Assembly (NCBI GenBank): GCA_963666315.2
Contig: CAXXHG010000018.1
Location: forward strand, 32,001-96,000
Length of the DNA: 64,000 nucleotides
Direction: 5' to 3'
Source of the DNA: Candidatus Binatia bacterium
GTDB taxonomy: Bacteria; Desulfobacterota; Binatia; Bin18
The notes under the pieces were generated by a model, which saw nothing but the letters and a program-made list of their open reading frames with translations, made no database searches and was not told the DNA's origin. Positions 17,941 through 28,750 of this stretch are shown piece after piece (position 1 is the stretch's first letter; each line of letters starts with the position of its first letter). A program made the position numbers and the translations under genes.

Positions 17941-19701
17941 TTAACACGCGGCACAGCTGTGACAGGAAGTGACATCGCACGGAGGAGTTTGACGTTCGAG
18001 GAGCGCCTTGCGCCATTCAACCCACAGATAGTGCTTGTTCACCCCATGGTCGATAAAGTCCCACGGCAGCCATTCTTCGGAGTCATACCGACGGTGAACG
18101 AACAAGTCGAGATTGAGTCGTTCAGGCTGCCGCTTGGCCTCGCGTCTCCAGCGCTGTACCACGCGCCACCAATCGCCATCGTGCTGGTGAATATCCTGGA
18201 GCAGCTGTCCGACTCGGCGATCACCGCGTGACAGCAGGGTTTGATAGTACGCCTCGCGCGGAGACTCAGTATCCACCTTTACCCGTGGCAGACGAGCCAG
18301 CTGTTTTCGCACCAGGGTCATCTTGTGTCGTAAGGAGGAAATCTCTTCCATGGGCTCCCACTGAAGCGGCGTCCACGGTTTAGGCACAAAGGCATTCACC
18401 GACAACGTGATCCGACCGACCTTGGGCTGTTTTTGACAGAAGCGCGCATGAATTTTTTGTGTGAGAGACGCAATGGCCTCCACATCTTCGCGTGTTTCGG
18501 TTGGCAAGCCTATCATGAAATATAATTTCAGGACGCGTACCCCCCCACCGACCAAGAGCTCTGCCGCGCGGAGGATTTCTGGTTCCGTCAGATTTTTATT
18601 GATGACCCGGCGCATCCGCTCAGACCCGGCTTCCGGCGCGATCGTCACCGAGTGATTATTATTCTGCCCAATCGCACGCGCCAAATCCGGGGTAATCACA
18701 TCGGCTTTCAACGAGGACGGCGACGCCCGACCACCAGCCTGGCCGATAAACTCACATAAACCCGCGATGCCCGGCTGACTCGCCATCTCAGCCCCGACGA
18801 GCCCTATGGTCAATTTCTCTTTCAAACCCTCCGTTACCTGTTGTTTAAGCGCTGCTGCGCTCCGATAGCGTACGGGCCGATACATAAAACCGGCCGCACA
18901 AAATCGACAGCCCCATTCGCAGCCACGACTGGCCTCAACCAAGAACATATCGCCAAAGACCGTTTCCGGCGTCAGGATTTGTGAAGTTGTGGGATAGGCG
19001 TCAAGGTCCATGATCAAGCGGCGACGAACGTGGGGCGGTTTGTTGCCCGCAGAATTCTCCTGAGAAATCGGACCAGCATCATCGCTGGCCCGATAGGTTG
19101 GAGTGAAAAGCGCGGGTACATAGGCGCCCTCAATCGTACGCAACGTCTGCAATCCGCTTTGTCGCCCACCCGCAGACAAATCCAGAGCCGCATAGCGTTC
19201 AAGGAATTCCGGGATCATTTCTTCGCCTTCGCCAATCAAGAACAGATCAATGAAGTCAGCAATCGGCTCGGGATTCAGGAACGTCGCCGGTCCGCCGGCA
19301 ATGATGAGCGGATGATGGGCTTGGCGCTCTGCGGCGCGCGCCGGGATGTGCGCCGCAGCAAGGATATCCAGGATATGGAGATAATCGATTTCAAAGGAGA
19401 GCGAAAAGGCCAGGATCTCAAAATCGGCCAACGGACGTTGCGTCTCCAGAGACGCGAGCGACGCACCCGTCCGTTTCAGAGCCTCTGCTTCGTCAGGGTC
19501 AGGCAGAAACGCACGTTCACAGCGGCACAGTGCATGTTGGGCGAGAATTTTGTAGCCGGCCTGAAAACCAAGATTGGACATCCCGACCGCATACGAGTTT
19601 GGATAAATCAGGCAGATGGGGATGGCCCCATCACAGACAGCTGAAAAGAGATGTTTTTCAGCGGCAAGACGTTGACGGGCCCGTTCGGCGGTCAGCCACA
19701 T
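17941..19701 (-). CDS. Radical SAM protein with B12-binding-like N-terminus
   Basis: YPNSYAVGMSNLG, SRGCEWGCRFC (CxxxCxxC), APEAGSERMR, FVPKPWTP. Confidence 0.88.
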   Translation of the reverse strand: MWLTAERARQRLAAEKHLFSAVCDGAIPICLIYPNSYAVGMSNLGFQAGYKILAQHALCRCERAFLPDPDEAEALKRTGASLASLETQRPLADFEILAFSLSFEIDYLHILDILAAAHIPARAAERQAHHPLIIAGGPATFLNPEPIADFIDLFLIGEGEEMIPEFLERYAALDLSAGGRQSGLQTLRTIEGAYVPALFTPTYRASDDAGPISQENSAGNKPPHVRRRLIMDLDAYPTTSQILTPETVFGDMFLVEASRGCEWGCRFCAAGFMYRPVRYRSAAALKQQVTEGLKEKLTIGLVGAEMASQPGIAGLCEFIGQAGGRASPSSLKADVITPDLARAIGQNNNHSVTIAPEAGSERMRRVINKNLTEPEILRAAELLVGGGVRVLKLYFMIGLPTETREDVEAIASLTQKIHARFCQKQPKVGRITLSVNAFVPKPWTPLQWEPMEEISSLRHKMTLVRKQLARLPRVKVDTESPREAYYQTLLSRGDRRVGQLLQDIHQHDGDWWRVVQRWRREAKRQPERLNLDLFVHRRYDSEEWLPWDFIDHGVNKHYLWVEWRKALLERQTPPCDVTSCHSCAAC

Positions 19702-19770
19702 ATCAAAAGCCTCTTCTCCCCGAACGGGCCGACTCGGGAGAGGGAGCAGCCTCCCCCTCCACACGTTCTC

Positions 19771-20955
19771 CTAACGTACCTGTTTGCGCAGGAATGCCGG
19801 CATGTCTTCGGTTGTGTCTTCACTCCATGGCGGTTCTGGTTTCGGTGCTGAACCGGCTTCGGTCGGCCGCCGCCGGGCATAGGCCGGCGTCTCAAGCATC
19901 TCGGCGTCCACAGATCCTATAAACCGACCTTTCCTTTTCCCGTCCCCACTCTTGCCGCCGCGCAGGGCACTCAAGGACGGCGTTTTGGGCTGTACTTCCT
20001 CTTCTCCAAAGCCAGTGGCAATTACGGTGATAAACAGCTCTTCGTCAAGGGTTTCATCTATCACTGCCCCGAAGATGATATTCGCGTCTTCATCGGCTTC
20101 TTCCTGGATGAGGGAGGCGGCCTCGTTCACCTCGTGGAGAGTCAGGCTATGCCCACCCGTGATGTTAATGAGTACCCCCTGGGCACCACGAATCGAGATA
20201 TCCTCAAGCAGCGGGCTGGCAATAGCCCGACGCGCAGCTTCCTCGGCCCGGTTTTCTCCGCTGGCTGAGGCCGCACCCATGATGGCCATGCCCATTTCCG
20301 CCATGATCGTCCGGACATCGGCAAAGTCAAGGTTAATCAGGCCGCTGACCGTAATCAAGTCGGAAATACCTCGCACGGCTTGGAGCAAAACCTCATCAGC
20401 TTTGTGAAAGGCTTCTAACAGCGGCTGACTCCGGCTGGCAACAGCCAACAGGCGTTGGTTCGGAATACAGATGAGTGTATCCACATTCTCTTTGAGTTCC
20501 CGAACGCCCTCATCTGCGTACCGCATACGGCGTTTGCCCTCAAAGAGAAAGGGTTTCGTGACAACGGCTACCGTCAGCGCTCCACTCTCCTTGGCGAGCC
20601 GGGCGATAATCGGTGCACCACCGGTACCGGTTCCACCACCCATGCCTGCGGTGATGAAAACCATATCCGCTCCGACCAAGTGGTCGCGCAGCTCCTCTTC
20701 GGATTCCATCGTAGCCTTGCGACCGACCTCAGGATTGGCTCCGGCGCCGAGCCCTTTGGTCATCTCTGCCCCTAGTTGAACCTTCGTCCGAGACAGGTTC
20801 ACGCGCAATGCCTGCGCGTCGGTATTGCAGACAATAAAGTCAACTCCAACTAAGCCACTACTGATCATCGTAGTGATGGCATTGCCACCAGCACCCCCAA
20901 CACCCACGATGCGGATCTGCGCCCCACTTCCACCATGCTCCACAAACTCGATCAT
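19771..20955 (-). CDS. ftsZ: Cell division protein FtsZ
   Basis: GVGGAGGN, GGGTGTG, NLDFAD, C-terminal DMPAFLRKQ. Confidence 0.98.
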   Translation of the reverse strand: MIEFVEHGGSGAQIRIVGVGGAGGNAITTMISSGLVGVDFIVCNTDAQALRVNLSRTKVQLGAEMTKGLGAGANPEVGRKATMESEEELRDHLVGADMVFITAGMGGGTGTGGAPIIARLAKESGALTVAVVTKPFLFEGKRRMRYADEGVRELKENVDTLICIPNQRLLAVASRSQPLLEAFHKADEVLLQAVRGISDLITVSGLINLDFADVRTIMAEMGMAIMGAASASGENRAEEAARRAIASPLLEDISIRGAQGVLINITGGHSLTLHEVNEAASLIQEEADEDANIIFGAVIDETLDEELFITVIATGFGEEEVQPKTPSLSALRGGKSGDGKRKGRFIGSVDAEMLETPAYARRRPTEAGSAPKPEPPWSEDTTEDMPAFLRKQVR

Positions 20956-21002
20956 CTCGCACCTCCTTCAGTTACCATTCCCCCAAAATGTGAGTCTCTC
21001 AC

Positions 21003-22235
21003 CTAAAAAAAATCGCGTAACCACTCAACTACACGTTCTCGCATACGCTGCCAATTCTGACCGTCATGCAGCTGCCCCAGAGGATGAACCCGGACGCCGT
21101 CTTGCAAATTGCACAGAATGAGGCCAACGGCTGCGGCGTACATGGGGCTGTTTGCCGGATCGATTACATCGCTGACGTATTGAGGCATACCACGACGCGC
21201 CGACATACGGAAGACTCGTTGGGCCAAATCCGGCATGCCTTCAAGAATGGCACTGCCGCCCGTAAGCACAACGCCCGCCCCAAACTGATCGAGCAGATCG
21301 GCAAAATCGAGCTGCTCCCGTACGAGTTCAAAAATTTCCTCGACCCGGGCCTCAATAATTCCACTCATCTTCCTGCGCGGAAGCGGGTCGGAGTCTCTCT
21401 CACCAATCCGCGGCATTTCAATCATCTCACCCGGCGCGATGAGACTCGTGAGCGCACAGCCGTGGCGATGTTTGAGCTTTTCCGCTTCGGCTACGGGAAT
21501 ACCTAGTCCTGCCGCCAGGTCGTTGGTTACATTCTCTCCGCCAACCGGGAGGACGGAGGTATGAACGACAACGCCCCGAGAAAAAGCGGCCACGGCGGTT
21601 GTCCCAGCTCCGATATCGAGCAAGACAACGCCTAACTCCTTCTCTTCCGGGGTGAGCACCGCCTCGGCTGCTGCCAACGCGGTATAGTACACGCCGTTCA
21701 CATACAGCCCGGCCCGTTCACAGCATTTCTGGAGCGCATGGACCGCGCTCGTGGCAACACTCACCGCATGGACGTTGGTCTCAAGCCGCACCCCGCTGGC
21801 CCCAATCGGCTCTCGACCACGGTCTTGTCCATCAACGAGATACTCCTGGGGGAACACATGTAAGATTTCACACTCCGGCGGCAACGCGATCGCTTGGGCG
21901 ACGGCAATCGCTTCTTCGACATCGTCCGCAGACACCTCACCGCTCTTGACCCGGACCATGCCTTGGCTCGAGAATCCCTCCATATGTCCGCCCGTCAGCC
22001 CAATGAACACATTGTGTATTTCACAATTCGCTCCAACCTCCGCCTCTGCCACCGCCTTTTGTAGTCCTTGGACAGCATTCTCGACATTGTTCACCAGCCC
22101 CTTCCGTACATCCTGGGATGGGGCGGTCCCGATGCCGAGGACGGAGACCCCATCAGGCGTCGTCTCTGCGACCACAACAGCGGTCTTATACGTTCCTATA
22201 TCAACACTCACCAGCAAGGAATCTTCTTTATCCAT
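21003..22235 (-). CDS. ftsA: Cell division protein FtsA
   Basis: DIGTYK, DIGAGTT, VLTGGSA; position before ftsZ. Confidence 0.96.
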   Translation of the reverse strand: MDKEDSLLVSVDIGTYKTAVVVAETTPDGVSVLGIGTAPSQDVRKGLVNNVENAVQGLQKAVAEAEVGANCEIHNVFIGLTGGHMEGFSSQGMVRVKSGEVSADDVEEAIAVAQAIALPPECEILHVFPQEYLVDGQDRGREPIGASGVRLETNVHAVSVATSAVHALQKCCERAGLYVNGVYYTALAAAEAVLTPEEKELGVVLLDIGAGTTAVAAFSRGVVVHTSVLPVGGENVTNDLAAGLGIPVAEAEKLKHRHGCALTSLIAPGEMIEMPRIGERDSDPLPRRKMSGIIEARVEEIFELVREQLDFADLLDQFGAGVVLTGGSAILEGMPDLAQRVFRMSARRGMPQYVSDVIDPANSPMYAAAVGLILCNLQDGVRVHPLGQLHDGQNWQRMRERVVEWLRDFF

Positions 22236-22247
22236 ACCATCCCCCCC

Positions 22248-23081
22248 CTATATCGTCTGCGTTGGCTCTCCCCCCCTTCCCTGCAACTCCATCGGGAAAG
22301 GATGCACCACGATCTGGTCGGCAAAGCGTGCATCAAAGACAGCCGCCGGCCTGTCTGGCGGCCATGTCTCCAGTACGCGCCGAACCAGCACGAATACATT
22401 AGATTTGATCTCATGCCCAAGTCGGATAGCCACGTGGCGATCAGACAGAAATACGGTATACCCCTGTTGATTGTCCCAATGAATTTCAGACAGCTCTACG
22501 TCCCACTCTCGGCTGAGAGCAAGACACACAACAGCCTCGGCCAACACGGTTTGCGCGGTCTGCGTGTCGAGGGGAATCCCCTCTAGCCCACTCAGGTACG
22601 GCAGATCGCGAACGTCTGAGGACGGATCGACAAAGATCTCGCCCGTCGTATCGAGGTAGGTGGTCTCTTGTCGCCGGATAACGGCGACGGGATGGTGTTC
22701 CCGGATCAGAACATGTATGCGCTGCGGGAACTCTCGCGAGACATCTGCAGTCCGAATCCAGGGATGCCGCACTAAGCGCTGCTCTATTTCCCCGGCGTCG
22801 AAGTTTAAAATATTGATCCCAGGTGACAGTTCTCCCCACGTCCAGACCTCTTCCGATGTGAGCTGACCGTCTGTCAACACAACAATGTCTTGAGCTGCAA
22901 AATACGAGTGGTGTTGGGCATACTGGACCAGCAGCATACCGCCACTGACTAGGCCGGCAGCTATCACGCTCAGCAGGGGCACCGACCGGAAAGCCGACCG
23001 TGTCCGTCGTGTCACCGTCCGCCATAGACGTCGATTCGATAGTCGGATCGGCGAAGACCGAAGGAGCGTGGACTGTCTCAT
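22248..23081 (-). CDS. ftsQ: Cell division protein FtsQ/DivIB
   Basis: TM helix, POTRA (HPWIRTADVSREFPQRI), DARFADQIVV; synteny. Confidence 0.88.
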   Translation of the reverse strand: MRQSTLLRSSPIRLSNRRLWRTVTRRTRSAFRSVPLLSVIAAGLVSGGMLLVQYAQHHSYFAAQDIVVLTDGQLTSEEVWTWGELSPGINILNFDAGEIEQRLVRHPWIRTADVSREFPQRIHVLIREHHPVAVIRRQETTYLDTTGEIFVDPSSDVRDLPYLSGLEGIPLDTQTAQTVLAEAVVCLALSREWDVELSEIHWDNQQGYTVFLSDRHVAIRLGHEIKSNVFVLVRRVLETWPPDRPAAVFDARFADQIVVHPFPMELQGRGGEPTQTI

Positions 23082-24019
23082 ATCACCTCACGTTGAATAT
23101 GCAGTGTCGCCTGCTGGAGAATCGTCTCAACAAGATCCTCATAGGTCAGTCCGGCATGCGCAGCGATGCGCGGCAGATAACTTAATGCCATCAGGCCGGG
23201 CAGTGAGTTCAGTTCAATCAGAAAAATCTCTCCGGTCGGACTCACGCGTGTATCGATGCGGCTGTAGCCGCTACAGCCTAATACCCTGTGGGCTTGCTGC
23301 GCCAGTTCCAACACGTGCTCGTATTGTGATGACGGCAGGGGTGCGGGCATCAGGAACTCTTCACGACCTGGAGTATATTTCACCGCATAGGAGTGGAATT
23401 CGCCTTTCGCAATAACCTCCATGGCACCCAGAGCCTTTTCGTCCAAGATGCCAACGGTGACTTCTTTTCCTGGGATATAGGCTTCCACAAGACAGGCCGC
23501 ATCGTATCGAAACGTGTGCGTTAACGCCGGCTCCAGCATGGCTTCGCAGCGCACGATATTCACGCCCACACTCGAACCTTCCGCAATCGGTTTGACCACC
23601 ACTGGATACGAGAGGGTCGCAAGCTGCCACTCGGCATCTTTCTCAATGATTTCCCATTGTGGCGTTGGTAAACCGTGGGTCTGCCAGATCCGCTTCGTCA
23701 TAGGTTTATTCATGGCCAGCGCACTCGCCAAAATTTCGGATCCGGTGTAGGGTATCCCCAGGGTTTCAAGAACGCCTTGCATCGCACCATCTTCCCCGAA
23801 CTTCCCGTGCAAGGCGATAAAGACCACGTCGGTTTTTTGAACCTGCGCAATCCAGGCCCCATCCGATTCTACCCGAATAGAGCGCACCGAATATCCACGC
23901 ATCTCCAGGGCCGAGCAGACCGCCTCACCGGTCAGACGCGAGATTTCCCGTTCCGTGGAGAGCCCTCCCCAGACAACGCCTACAACGCCCACAATCCGAT
24001 CTGTCCCTGCTGCTACCAT
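23078..24019 (-). CDS. ddl: D-alanine--D-alanine ligase
   Basis: GGLSTEREIS, LHGKFGEDG, EGSSVG, ELNSLPG. Confidence 0.95.
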   Translation of the reverse strand: MVAAGTDRIVGVVGVVWGGLSTEREISRLTGEAVCSALEMRGYSVRSIRVESDGAWIAQVQKTDVVFIALHGKFGEDGAMQGVLETLGIPYTGSEILASALAMNKPMTKRIWQTHGLPTPQWEIIEKDAEWQLATLSYPVVVKPIAEGSSVGVNIVRCEAMLEPALTHTFRYDAACLVEAYIPGKEVTVGILDEKALGAMEVIAKGEFHSYAVKYTPGREEFLMPAPLPSSQYEHVLELAQQAHRVLGCSGYSRIDTRVSPTGEIFLIELNSLPGLMALSYLPRIAAHAGLTYEDLVETILQQATLHIQREVI

Positions 24020-24930
24020 TCTCCAACCCGACGAATCTCAGGCTCAAGCCAGACCTGCTTTTCTTGCCACACCACACGCTGGACGTGTTCCATGAGCTGC
24101 CATACCTGTGTTGCGGTTGCTCCGCCGGTATTCACAATAAAATTGGCGTGCCGGTCAGAGATCTTTGCCGGCCCCTTGCAGCTCCCCTTGCAGCCTACCG
24201 CTTCAATCACGTGCCCGGCATACATTCCGGGTGGATTTTTGAAAATAGAGCCCGCGTTCGGATACCCATGCGGCTGGGCCCGTCTGCGCTTTTCACGCGT
24301 CCGGCCTAGGGACGCGGCAATAGACGTCTGATTTTTTCGCGACAAATGAAACTCAACCTCTCCAACAATGAACTGCTCAGGCAGTGCCGTCTTGCGATAT
24401 GCAAATCCAAGGTCTGCCCCAGGCAGCCGCACGCGCTGACCTGCAGCATTCACCCCAGTGACGGCCTGCACCACATTACTCAGTTCTCCGCCAAAGGCTC
24501 CGGCATTCATCAATAAGCCTCCACCCACTGTGCCGGGTATCCCTTCGGCAAACTCCACCCCGCTGTATTCTTTCCGAGCCGCCTCACGCACGAATCGCCC
24601 CAGCGAACGGCCCGCTCCAACTGTGACCAATGCGCTACCCAGTTGCTCCTGCCACTCGGTGTAATCAAATCCCCGCCCCAGCCGGATCACAACCCCGCGA
24701 ATACCGTTGTCGCTGATCAAAACATTCGTTCCTCCACCCAGAAGGAAAACGGGCCCGCGCTCCTCCGTAACGAGGCGGATCAGCGTCTGGAGTTCCTCCA
24801 AGCTATTAGGCTCAACCAAGACGTCGGCCGGTCCGCCAATCCGGAACGAAGTATACTGCGCCAATGGCACGTCAAAGCGGACGCGCGGTCCGAACAAGTG
24901 GACAAGTCGGGCTTTCAGCTCAGTCCGCAC
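24013..24930 (-). CDS. murB: UDP-N-acetylmuramate dehydrogenase
   Basis: TSFRIGGPA, GIPGTVGG, MNAGAFG, AGSIFKNP, HANFIVN. Confidence 0.95.
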   Translation of the reverse strand: MRTELKARLVHLFGPRVRFDVPLAQYTSFRIGGPADVLVEPNSLEELQTLIRLVTEERGPVFLLGGGTNVLISDNGIRGVVIRLGRGFDYTEWQEQLGSALVTVGAGRSLGRFVREAARKEYSGVEFAEGIPGTVGGGLLMNAGAFGGELSNVVQAVTGVNAAGQRVRLPGADLGFAYRKTALPEQFIVGEVEFHLSRKNQTSIAASLGRTREKRRRAQPHGYPNAGSIFKNPPGMYAGHVIEAVGCKGSCKGPAKISDRHANFIVNTGGATATQVWQLMEHVQRVVWQEKQVWLEPEIRRVGEW

Positions 24931-26501
24931 GCGCTCCTCCGTCGCGCAGCCGCGTGAGCAGCTCAGGACCGGTGCGCGCAATATCTCCGGCCCCCAAAGT
25001 TAATACGAGATCTCCAGCTCGTGTGAACGTGTGAACGGTCCGCGCCAGGTCGGCACGTTCCGGAACAAAGTGGACGTCAGCATGCCCACGTCGTTGTATG
25101 GCTTTGTAGAGCGTTTCTCCGGAGATTCCAGGCCGCGGCTCTTCCCCGGCAGGATAGATATTAGTCAGCACCAGGACATCCGCGTCGTCAAAAGCCGACA
25201 GGAACTCATCAAAGAGATCTTCGGTTCGCGTGTACCGGTGGGGTTGGAAAATCGCGACCAGGCGGCGGCCAAATCCTTCTCTGGCCGCACTCAACGTAGC
25301 CCGTAATTCTTCAGGGTGATGCGCGTAGTCGTCAACCACCAACACCTCCGCCGCCTCTCCCTTTATCTCAAATCGTCGCTGGATGCCAGCGAATTCGCGT
25401 AAGGCCTGCTGCACATGAGAGAACGCAATACCCAATTCCTGCGCCACAGCGACAACGGCAAGTGCATTAAGCGCAGAGTGACGTCCGGGCAAATTCAGCT
25501 GCAGCTCTCCGAGTCGCTCGGCGCCGTGCCACACCTCACAGCGCGTCGTCAGTCCAGAGACCGTCAGCTGCTTGGCGTAAAAGTCAGCCTCAGGACTACA
25601 GCCGTAGGTCACAAAGCGTTTGCGCACCTGCGGCAGGAGGGCGCGAACATTGACGCTATCCAGGCACAGCACGGCTCGACCGTAAAAGGGCACTCCATTG
25701 ATAAAGTCGAGATAGGCAGCCTGAACGCGATCCATATGTCCATAATAGTCGAGGTGTTCGGGATCAATATTGGTCACGACCACAATAGTCGGGCTGAGTA
25801 AGAGAAACGTCCCATCGCTTTCATCCGCTTCGGCGACCAGAAAGCGCCCCTGTCCAAGGCGTGCATTCGCCCCAAGCACGTTGAGCCGTCCACCGATGAC
25901 CACAGTCGGGTCAAAATGCGCGTACGCCCAGCACCGTTGCCACTAAGGATGTGGTGGTGGTTTTTCCGTGTGTACCGGCAACGGCGATACCATATTTCAA
26001 ACGCATCAGTTCGGCCAGCATCTCTGCACGCGGGATGATCGGAATCATCAGCTCACGTGCACGCACCACCTCCGGATTGGCGTATTTCACCGCGGATGAG
26101 ATCACTACAACGTCAGTGTCAGGGCTGACCTGGTCAGCATGATGCCCGTAGACGATGTGGGCGCCGTTTCGAATCAGCCGAGTGGTCGTGTCTGACTCTG
26201 CAAGGTCAGAGCCGCTGATACGGTAGCCGAGATTCAGCAGCACTTCGGCAATTCCGCTCATCCCTACCCCGCCAATACCAACAAAGTGAATACGGCGGTT
26301 CGTATCAAAGAGAACGGGCGCATCCGACAACAACGCCTGAGATGTCTCTCCAGCCTTGATCGGGCGCACCGGGCGTACCGGTTGAGCAGACGGATCTTGG
26401 CGAGCCGTCTCCACGCACAGCCCATTGTCCGACACCGCAGCGCTTGCCTCTGGTCCCGTGATTGGTCCCATGATTGATGATCCCTTCATTTTGTTTGGCA
26501 C
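24920..26501 (-). CDS. murC: UDP-N-acetylmuramate--L-alanine ligase with a 1-base frameshift at ~25928
   Basis: [35 protein letters not shown]; removing one G from CTGGGCGTAC restores [15 protein letters not shown]. Confidence 0.92.
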
Positions 26502-27619
26502 GGCCTCTCCTCCTCAGCAGTACGAGAAGCAGACGCACTCGCAACACACGTCTGTACAACCGTAGTCGTCGCATCGGGCCGACCTAACGCCGCCGCCGCA
26601 TGGGCCATCGCAACTAATTCTTCTCTCTCTCGCAGCAAATCCTGAATTTCCTGCCGCAACAATTCCGGAGTAAGGGCACGATCAAGCACCATACGGGCTG
26701 CGCCGGCTTGGACAAGCGCTTCAGCATTGGCTCGCTGATGATCGTCGGCGGCATACGGATAGGGTATGAGTATGGCCGGTTTCCCAAGCAGCGTGAGTTC
26801 CGCAGTCGTCATGGCACCGGCCCGGCAAATGACTAAATCTGCCGGTGCATAGACATCCTGCATGTCGTCAATAAACGGTAAGACCCGAGCGCTTATCCCC
26901 GTTTTCGCATACTGGGCTTTGACCATCTCGTAGTCGGCTCTGCCGGTTTGATGGATGACCTGGAACAGGGGCTGTTTCTTTTGATCAGTATGTACAAGCG
27001 ACAAGGCTTGCGGCACAATTTGATTCAGTCTATGCGCTCCGGCACTCCCGCCGAAAACGAGGATCGTAAACGGCTTCCCCTCAACGTCCGTGGGCTGAAT
27101 TTCCCGTAGCGCAAGACGGACAGGATTTCCGGTATACACAACTTTGTCTGTCGGGAAGAACCGCACGGCTGCCTCAAATCCCACACACACCCGTGCGGCA
27201 AACCAACTCAGGAATCGATTCGCAAGCCCAGGAATCGCATTCGGCTCAAGCAAGACACACGGGACACGTTGCAGCCAGCCGGCCAGGACGGTCGGACCAG
27301 AAGCATAGCCACCGATACTGAAGATCACGTCAGGAGCAAATTCTCGCACTACGCGCCAGGCAGCCCCCATGCCATAACCCGCAACCCACACCGCTCGGAG
27401 CCGGCCCCACCATTTTTTACCGCGGAACTGTTCAGCCGGGATAAAACGCAAGGCAAATCCAAACCGCGGGATGACTTCTTTTTCCATCCCGCCCTGGGTG
27501 CCGACAAAGAGCACCGCAGCATCGACCTCACGTTGAGCAGCCTCTGCGACCGCAACACCAGGGAAGAGATGCCCCCCAGTACCTCCGGCTGCAAGTAAGA
27601 GTCGAAAGGTCTTAGGCAT
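26486..27619 (-). CDS. murG: Undecaprenyl-PP-MurNAc-pentapeptide GlcNAc transferase
   Basis: [36 protein letters not shown]. Confidence 0.96.
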   Translation of the reverse strand: MPKTFRLLLAAGGTGGHLFPGVAVAEAAQREVDAAVLFVGTQGGMEKEVIPRFGFALRFIPAEQFRGKKWWGRLRAVWVAGYGMGAAWRVVREFAPDVIFSIGGYASGPTVLAGWLQRVPCVLLEPNAIPGLANRFLSWFAARVCVGFEAAVRFFPTDKVVYTGNPVRLALREIQPTDVEGKPFTILVFGGSAGAHRLNQIVPQALSLVHTDQKKQPLFQVIHQTGRADYEMVKAQYAKTGISARVLPFIDDMQDVYAPADLVICRAGAMTTAELTLLGKPAILIPYPYAADDHQRANAEALVQAGAARMVLDRALTPELLRQEIQDLLREREELVAMAHAAAALGRPDATTTVVQTCVASASASRTAEEERPCQTK

Positions 27620-28748
27620 GCGCCATATTCTTCCGCTGTACCTCACGCGATAAACTCAGCAGGATGCCGATAGACAGGAGGATCATGACAAGTGCGGAGC
27701 CACCATAACTCACAAAGGGAAGCGGCAGGCCGGTTGTGGGGAGTAATCCAACCGCAACGGCCATATTGAGCCCGGCTTGGCACACCACTAAGAACGTACA
27801 CCCAAACGCTAACAGCTGGCCGAACCGGGTAGGATGATGCAGCGCAATCAATATCCCCCGTGCGGCTAAGAGGCCGAAGAGCACGAGAATACCTGTTGTT
27901 CCCCATAAGCCGGTCTCTTCCCCAACGACGGCAAAGACAAAGTCGGTATGGGCCTCAGGCAGGTAAAACATCTTCTGGCGACTTTCCCCCAACCCAACCC
28001 CGTGGACTCCGCCGGCCCCGAAGGCAAGCAAAGACTGATGCAGTTGGTAGCCTGCCCCTTGCAAATCCGCTGTTTGATTGAAAAAAGAGAACCAGCGGGT
28101 CATCCGATAGCCCGCGCTCAGTACGCCGTAACCCAAAAAGAGGAGTCCACCTCCGGCCAGCAGGGCTAAATGTCGCAACCGTGCTCCAGCGACAAAGAGC
28201 AAAGCAAACAGGAGCAGGCACACAAAGACGGCTCCTCCCAAGTCCGGCTCAAGCGCTATCAATGCCGCCACAGTACCGACCACCAAGAGCGGCGGGAGCA
28301 CTCCATCCAGAAAGCTCTGGATGCGATCAGATTTTTTCGTCAACGCATACGCTAGGTATAAGACAACCGCGCCTTTTGCAAATTCGGAGGGTTGAAAATT
28401 GAGCGGTCCAAAGGGTAACCAACGCTGGACTTTCCCGTGAGCGACGCCGGGCACGAGGACGACACATAAACCCAACACCGCCACGAGTAACATCGGGTAG
28501 GCAAACCGCCGGAACACAGCCGATGGCAAAACCATGGCCACACCACATCCAACGCTGCCGATCAGTAGGGCCAGGTTGTGCTTACGGACAAACAGATAGG
28601 GATCGTCAAAGCGGTCGAACGCATAAAGATAGGTGGTGTTAAAAACAAATATCTCTCCGCTGAGGACGAGGAGAATGATGACGCCGAGCAGCCACGAGTC
28701 AACTGGGCCACGACGTATCAGCTCGGCGGGGTGCTCAGCTTGAAACAT
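27612..28748 (-). CDS. ftsW: SEDS peptidoglycan polymerase FtsW
   Basis: QPSEFAK, EPDLG, LPEAHTDF, PFVSYGGS. Confidence 0.95.
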   Translation of the reverse strand: MFQAEHPAELIRRGPVDSWLLGVIILLVLSGEIFVFNTTYLYAFDRFDDPYLFVRKHNLALLIGSVGCGVAMVLPSAVFRRFAYPMLLVAVLGLCVVLVPGVAHGKVQRWLPFGPLNFQPSEFAKGAVVLYLAYALTKKSDRIQSFLDGVLPPLLVVGTVAALIALEPDLGGAVFVCLLLFALLFVAGARLRHLALLAGGGLLFLGYGVLSAGYRMTRWFSFFNQTADLQGAGYQLHQSLLAFGAGGVHGVGLGESRQKMFYLPEAHTDFVFAVVGEETGLWGTTGILVLFGLLAARGILIALHHPTRFGQLLAFGCTFLVVCQAGLNMAVAVGLLPTTGLPLPFVSYGGSALVMILLSIGILLSLSREVQRKNMAHA

Positions 28749-28750
28749 GC

